Assembly (NCBI GenBank): GCA_002688435.1 | Contig: NZCW01000030.1 | Span: 9,013 to 73,012, forward strand | DNA from: Dehalococcoidales bacterium | Lineage (GTDB): Bacteria; Chloroflexota; Dehalococcoidia; Dehalococcoidales; RBG-16-60-22 | Direction of reading: 5' to 3' | Length of the DNA stretch: 64,000 nucleotides | In this document: positions 59,119-64,000 of the stretch, piece after piece | Layout: each line of letters starts with the position of its first letter | How positions within the stretch are numbered: the stretch's first letter is position 1 | The notes under the pieces: model-generated | What the model was told of the DNA's origin: nothing | Seen by the model: the letters and a program-made list of their open reading frames with translations, nothing else | The model's database searches: none | Program-made: the position numbers and the translations under genes

Positions 59119-59650
59119 TGACTACCGTAGATATTGTTATTGGGTCCGACGGTGCACTTACAATTGCGATTGGTTATTGGGCTAAAGAGAAATTCACTAC
59201 ATAGATCGCTACTGCCACATTTTTAACACAGGTATGAAAAGGCAATGGACAATTAGAACTTATATTGACCTATTTGCCGGTCCAGGTAAATGTCGGATCC
59301 AGAAAACAGAAAAGGGAATGAAAAGTTCTCCCATCTTGTCTCTCAGTTGCGAAGTTCCGTTCACACACTATTTTTTTAATGATGATCAGTCCAGTGTTAT
59401 TAGGGCGTTGAAAGCTAGAGCAAAATCATATAGTTCTGCAAATGTAGATTTCTTCAATAAAGATTGTAATTTGGTTGTGGATGAGTTATTGCAAAAATTA
59501 TCCTCCAACTCTCTAGACTTTTGTTTTATAGAGCCCTTTGACTGGGAAATTAAATATAACTCAATTTGGAAGCTAACTGAGAAGAGAAGAATGGATTCAG
59601 CTGTAACTTTCCATAGAAGTAAAAGACTATGTGCTTGCGGTAAATACTAG
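59118..59650 (+). pseudogene. Three-Cys-motif partner (TcmP-like) methyltransferase-fold remnant
   Basis: MTT...GYWAKEK, frameshift, then YIDRYCHIFNTGMK...YIDLFAGPG...DCN...FCFIEPF. Truncated and AT-rich. Confidence 0.72.
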
Positions 59651-59876
59651 AAAAGCACCTTTATATTATCGGATATTCGCGAGTAAGTATTCTAGAGGTG
59701 CGGATTGTTGAGATAAAATTACTGAACGTTCAGAAGTAAGGTAATTAAGGATGAGCGTGTAATATAAGATGGCTAATTGAGAGAGGAAGTGTCTAGTTTG
59801 AGGATCATTACTCGGCAATATGAGTTGTTGGATAGGTCTACAACCACGGTAGTACATTAAGTAAAGGAGGTCTCTG

Positions 59877-60746
59877 ATGCCAGAAGCTAAAATCGGAGTT
59901 ATCGGCGGGAGCGGGCTGTATGATATCGAGGGGATGGTGGATGTTGAGGAAGTTGACATAAAAACACCATTTGGTCAGCCGAGTGACACCATTGTCGTCG
60001 GTAAACTGGAAGGGGTGGGGGTTGCTTTCCTACCTCGACACGGGCGGGGGCATCGTATTCTGCCCACTGAAGTCCCGGTCAGGGCTAACATCTACGCTTT
60101 AAAGTCGTTGGGGGTGGGGCATATCATCGCCATTAACTCGGTGGGCAGTCTGAAAGAAGAATTTCAGCCCGGCGACCTGCTGATTCCAGACCAGCTGATT
60201 GACCGCACCCGCAGTCGGATTAATACCTTTTTTGGGGAAGGTGTGGTCGTTCACATTCCCTTCGGTGAGCCGGTATGTCCGGACTTGAGCCAGATGGTCT
60301 ACCAGGCGGCCAAAGACGTCGGTACCGCTACGCACTGGGGCGGTACTTACGTAGTTATGGAGGGGCCGGTCTTCTCCACCAAAGCGGAATCGCTGCTCTA
60401 CCGCGCCTGGGGGGCGGACGTTATCGGTATGACGGCGCTACCCGAAGCTAAGCTGGCGCGGGAAGCGGAAATCTGCTACGCTATTATTGCCTGTGTTACC
60501 GATTATGATTGCTGGCACCGGAAGCACGAGGCGGTTACCGCCGAGATTATCTTGAATACTTTGCGCCAGAACATTGACACCGCCAAAAATATCATCAGGC
60601 TGGCGCTGCGTAGAGTGCCGACGAAGCGAGGCTGCGGATGCGGCTCGGCGCTGAAAACGGCTATCGTTACCGCTCCAGAGCTGATACCAGATGAGCAGAA
60701 AAAGAAACTCGATTTGTTAATCAGCAAGTATATCAGAAAGGACTGA
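59877..60746 (+). CDS. mtnP: S-methyl-5'-thioadenosine phosphorylase
   Basis: IGVIGGSGLY, PRHG, MEGPVFST, GMTALPEAKLARE and TDYDCW. Confidence 0.96.
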   Translation: MPEAKIGVIGGSGLYDIEGMVDVEEVDIKTPFGQPSDTIVVGKLEGVGVAFLPRHGRGHRILPTEVPVRANIYALKSLGVGHIIAINSVGSLKEEFQPGDLLIPDQLIDRTRSRINTFFGEGVVVHIPFGEPVCPDLSQMVYQAAKDVGTATHWGGTYVVMEGPVFSTKAESLLYRAWGADVIGMTALPEAKLAREAEICYAIIACVTDYDCWHRKHEAVTAEIILNTLRQNIDTAKNIIRLALRRVPTKRGCGCGSALKTAIVTAPELIPDEQKKKLDLLISKYIRKD

Positions 60747-60750
60747 CATT

Positions 60751-61782
60751 ATGCCCGGCGTAGAATTCAATTTTTTGCCGACGATTGTTGGTAGTATGCC
60801 CCAGACGGACCCGCTGGCGGCGTGCACCCAGATTGTCCATTACCTCAGGGACATCCCGGCTTGGCCTCAGCTGCCAAAGAAGTCTTTCCAGGAGAATATG
60901 TATGTCCAGTACAGCCAGGGCTTCCCCGGGGTGGTGGTCGAGGAGGACGAGGAAAAAATATACATTGACCGTAACCGGGGACTGGAGGCGTTGGAACGGC
61001 TCTACGCTGCTTACCTGGAGAATGACTTCACCAAGTATGCCATCAGTCCGGAATATGCCGCCGGACTGCACCAGTTTTTGTCCGTGACTACCCAGTCACC
61101 CCTGGCGGTCAAAGGGCAGGTGACCGGGCCGATCACCTGGGGGCTGACGGTAACCGATGATACCGGCAAGGGTATTCTTTATGACGATTTTCTGGGTGAT
61201 GCCGTGCCCAGGCTGCTCCGATTGAAGGCGGCCTGGCAGGAAAAAGAACTGAGTCGCTTCTCTAAAAACACCATTATCTTTGTGGACGAGCCGTATATGT
61301 CGGCTTTCGGATCAGTCTCAATGATGCTCTCCCGAGATCAGGTTATCAATTTGCTTGAGGAGGTCTTCAGCGGTATTGGCGGTCTGAAGGGAGTCCACTG
61401 CTGCGGCAACACCGACTGGTCCTTACTACTGGAGACCAGCGTTGATATTATCAGCTTTGACACTTACAACTATGCCCAGTCATTGAGTCTTTACCCGGTG
61501 GAACTAAAGAAGTTCCTGGAGCGAGGAGGTACGGTAGCATGGGGAATCGTCCCTAATGAAGAAGACTTATTAGCTAAAGAAACGGTTGCTAGTCTTAAGG
61601 ATCGTCTGGAGGAAGCGATGGCGCCCTTTACCCGGCAGGACATCCGCTTCCGGCAATTGATTGCTCAGGGACTGCTTACTCCCAGCTGTGGGCTGGCGTC
61701 TCTGGCTACTGAGGAGGCAGCCGCCCGTGTCTTGGAGCTACTGAGTGAGCTATCCGAAACGATAAGGAAACGCTACACTTAG
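60751..61782 (+). CDS. Folate-independent core methionine synthase (MesB/core-MetE type)
   Basis: Single MetE-like barrel: GSMP, WPQLP, KGQVTGP, DEP, GVHCCGNTDW and TPSCGL. Adjacent to mtnP. Confidence 0.85.
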   Translation: MPGVEFNFLPTIVGSMPQTDPLAACTQIVHYLRDIPAWPQLPKKSFQENMYVQYSQGFPGVVVEEDEEKIYIDRNRGLEALERLYAAYLENDFTKYAISPEYAAGLHQFLSVTTQSPLAVKGQVTGPITWGLTVTDDTGKGILYDDFLGDAVPRLLRLKAAWQEKELSRFSKNTIIFVDEPYMSAFGSVSMMLSRDQVINLLEEVFSGIGGLKGVHCCGNTDWSLLLETSVDIISFDTYNYAQSLSLYPVELKKFLERGGTVAWGIVPNEEDLLAKETVASLKDRLEEAMAPFTRQDIRFRQLIAQGLLTPSCGLASLATEEAAARVLELLSELSETIRKRYT

Positions 61783-61796
61783 AGGGGTGTATCCTG

Positions 61797-61991
61797 ATGG
61801 AATGTAACGTTGAGTCCAATAACGTCAAATGTGCCTGTGACTATGAGTCCTGCTCTCGGTAGGGTAAGTGCTGTGAATGTATCACCTATCGTCTGGAGAG
61901 TAACGAGTTGTCTGGTTGTATCTTCCCGCCCGAGATAGAGAAGACCTATGACCGTTCCTTTACCCGGTTTATTAGAACCTTTAGCACCTGA
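61797..61991 (+). pseudogene. DUF6485-like Cys-rich protein with internal TAG
   Basis: MECNVESNNVKCACDYESCSR*GKCCECITY...GCIFPPEIEKTYDRS. TAG at 61860-61862. RBS GAGGGG. Confidence 0.75.
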
Positions 61992-62029
61992 GTGGCGGAA
62001 AAGGTTAATTTGAGTTAAGATTACTGGTG

Positions 62030-62125
62030 ATGAATAAGAGTAAGAGAGTGGCTACCCTGAAACACCGGCGCAAGCAGAAGAAGCTGAAGGAAAGAAGAAA
62101 GACGGCGCAACCGGTTCCCAAGTAG
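62030..62125 (+). CDS. 31-aa highly basic peptide
   Basis: MNKSKRVATLKHRRKQKKLKERRKTAQPVPK. Short and not independently confirmed. Confidence 0.5.
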   Translation: MNKSKRVATLKHRRKQKKLKERRKTAQPVPK

Positions 62126-62164
62126 TCATTCCTGTCGGGTGAAGGTAATGACCGGATGCCGACG

Positions 62165-62681
62165 ATGAAGCGGGTTGATTTGCTTACCGGTCGGCCGAGG
62201 ACAGGAAAGACCAATCTTATCCAGCAGGCAGTAGCGGCGTTTGAGGGCAGGGTCGAAGGTTTCTACACCGAGGAGAGATACGGAGTCGGGATACGAGACT
62301 CAGTTTCAAACTGATGATACTGGATGGACAGGAAGTGGTACTGGCTCACGTGGATATTTACAGTCGCTATCAAGTGGGCAAGTACGGCGTTGATATTGGT
62401 AGCCTGGATCAGGTGGGTGTTTCCTGTACTGGGCCGTCCGGCAGTGTGATTGAATCGTCGTCGACGAAATCGGTAAAATAGAGCTTTTTCCGACTGACTT
62501 CCGTGAAGCCGTCCGGCAGGCAATGGGCAGCAGGGAGAAAGTTCTGGGCACAATCATGTTTAATCCTCATCCCCGGGCGGACGATATTAGGCACTAGCCT
62601 CAGGTAAACCTGGTGGAAGTGACCATGGCCGACCATTCCCGGGTACTGATTGACCTGCGGGAATGGATAAGAGCCATATGA
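62165..62681 (+). pseudogene. Nucleoside triphosphatase (THEP1/NTPase_1) pseudogene
   Basis: LLTGRPRTGKT, GFYTEE, VGKYGVD, VVDEIGKIEL and VLGTI lie in different frames, with an internal TAG. Confidence 0.82.
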
Positions 62682-62748
62682 TCCCCTCAGACACTATGGG
62701 CTGGGAGGGGTTGCGGTATATTCCGAGAGAGGAGGAGGAAAGGGAGAA

Positions 62749-63759
62749 ATGTCACCACTACCGGAAATAATCCAGGCACTACTTGACCCGCAGGCCTATC
62801 CTGACCCTCCCCAGAAAGTTGAGCTGGCGCAGACCCAGATGTCATTTGTGTTCCTGACCAATGACTACGTCTACAAGGTCAAGAAACCGGTAGACCTAGG
62901 TTATCTGGACTACACCACTCTGAAAAAGCGCTATTTTTACTGTCAACGGGAAGTTGGACTTAACCGACGACTCTGCCCGGATACCTATTTGGGTGTCCTG
63001 CCCGTGACCGGGAGTGGGGATCGGATTTCTTTCGGAGGGCGAGGCGAGGCTCTGGAGTATGCCGTGAAAATGCGCCGCCTGCCCCAGGAAAAGATGTTGA
63101 ATGTCCTGCTGGCCGAGGATAGAGTGTCACCAGAAATGCTAGCTGGCGTGGCGGACAGACTGGTCGAGTTCCACCGGCAAGCCGAAATCGGCGTCAGCAT
63201 CAGTACCTTTGGCGATATTGACGCTATCACCGTAAATACCGAGGAAAACTTTACCCAGACCGAGAAATATCTGGGCCATACTATTTCCCGGGAGCAGTAC
63301 CGGCGTATTCGGGATTATACTAACCTCTTTATTCAGGGAAACACTGGTTTATTTAAAAAGCGGATGGCCGAAAGCCGGATAAAAGATTGCCATGGTGACC
63401 TTCACGCCGCTCATATCTGTTTTTGTGATAGTATCTGTATCTATGACTGCATTGAATTTAATGACCGATTCCGGTATTGTGACGTTGCTTCCGAGGTGGC
63501 TTTTCTGGCAATGGATCTGGATCACTACGGGCGGGCTGGTCTGTCCGACGACTTTGTTAAGGCTTACGTAACGCGGAGTCAGGATCAAGAGCTGATGACA
63601 TTGCTTGATTTCTACAAGTGCTACCGGGCGTACGTGCGAGGGAAAGTGGAGAGTTTCAGGCTGGATGATCCGTATATCTCGCCGGAAGAGAAGACGGGAG
63701 TTTTGATGGTGGCCCGGCACTATTTTGAGCTGGCCGGATCATATATTGATATATCATAG
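62749..63759 (+). CDS. Aminoglycoside-phosphotransferase-like kinase-fold protein (COG2187-type)
   Basis: YKVKKPVDLGYLDY, EYAVKMRR, CHGDLH, DCIEFNDRFR and YRAYVRGKV. Confidence 0.88.
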   Translation: MSPLPEIIQALLDPQAYPDPPQKVELAQTQMSFVFLTNDYVYKVKKPVDLGYLDYTTLKKRYFYCQREVGLNRRLCPDTYLGVLPVTGSGDRISFGGRGEALEYAVKMRRLPQEKMLNVLLAEDRVSPEMLAGVADRLVEFHRQAEIGVSISTFGDIDAITVNTEENFTQTEKYLGHTISREQYRRIRDYTNLFIQGNTGLFKKRMAESRIKDCHGDLHAAHICFCDSICIYDCIEFNDRFRYCDVASEVAFLAMDLDHYGRAGLSDDFVKAYVTRSQDQELMTLLDFYKCYRAYVRGKVESFRLDDPYISPEEKTGVLMVARHYFELAGSYIDIS

Positions 63760-64000
63760 AATGGCGTAAGCTAAACTGAATCAGGTCGTGCTTGGTAACT
63801 ATTTGGAAACTGAGAAATGAAAATAACGGTGTTTTTGAATGGGTAAAGAGAGCTGTCTCAGAGTTTGTTGGCGAGGTGGTGTTTCATGGGATTGATACCT
63901 TTGATAAAGAGATCTTTTTGGAGTGGTGAATTAGCGATGCTTTGTTTTTTGGCGACAAATCGGTGAAAGTAGTACCGCCTCCTTCATACGAGCAAATAAA

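Noticed and set aside
61860-61862. Pyrrolysine readthrough of the in-frame TAG
   Set aside because: A single AAG>TAG change explains it, the neighbouring NTPase gene is also decayed, and there are no pyl genes in the window.
63780-64000. AT-rich end of the window, possibly a gene end or island edge
   Set aside because: Only short frames with no recognisable motif; it cannot be called without flanking sequence.

Overview
Bacterial chromosomal segment. Gene content points to a Dehalococcoidia-like Chloroflexota anaerobe (inference from an 11-subunit complex I without NuoEFG, a minimal mraZ-rsmH-ftsA-ftsZ cluster and a MesB/core-MetE gene beside mtnA-mtnP). It is mostly housekeeping: thrS, bioY, ribE-ribBA-ribH, pcrA, mutL, pyrE, lepB, trkA x2, def, priA, rplS, trmD, rsmD-coaD, a MacAB-type ABC exporter, proC, leuS, nuoA-N, tldD-pmbA and methionine salvage genes. 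Accessory or unusual elements: (i) a complete 1367-bp IS6-like element with perfect 22-bp terminal inverted repeats, an 8-bp target duplication and passenger ORFs; (ii) an in-frame comEA-comEC deletion scar; (iii) at least eight pseudogenes among intact core genes; (iv) an orphan zinc-ribbon DNA methyltransferase between pcrA and mutL, facing a PD-(D/E)xK nuclease; (v) a 2-TM channel with a non-canonical filter next to two TrkA/RCK genes; (vi) dispersed degenerate intergenic repeats; (vii) T-box-like relics in the thrS and leuS leaders. I found no rRNA, tRNA or CRISPR array. All family assignments come from motif recognition by eye; no database searches were run.
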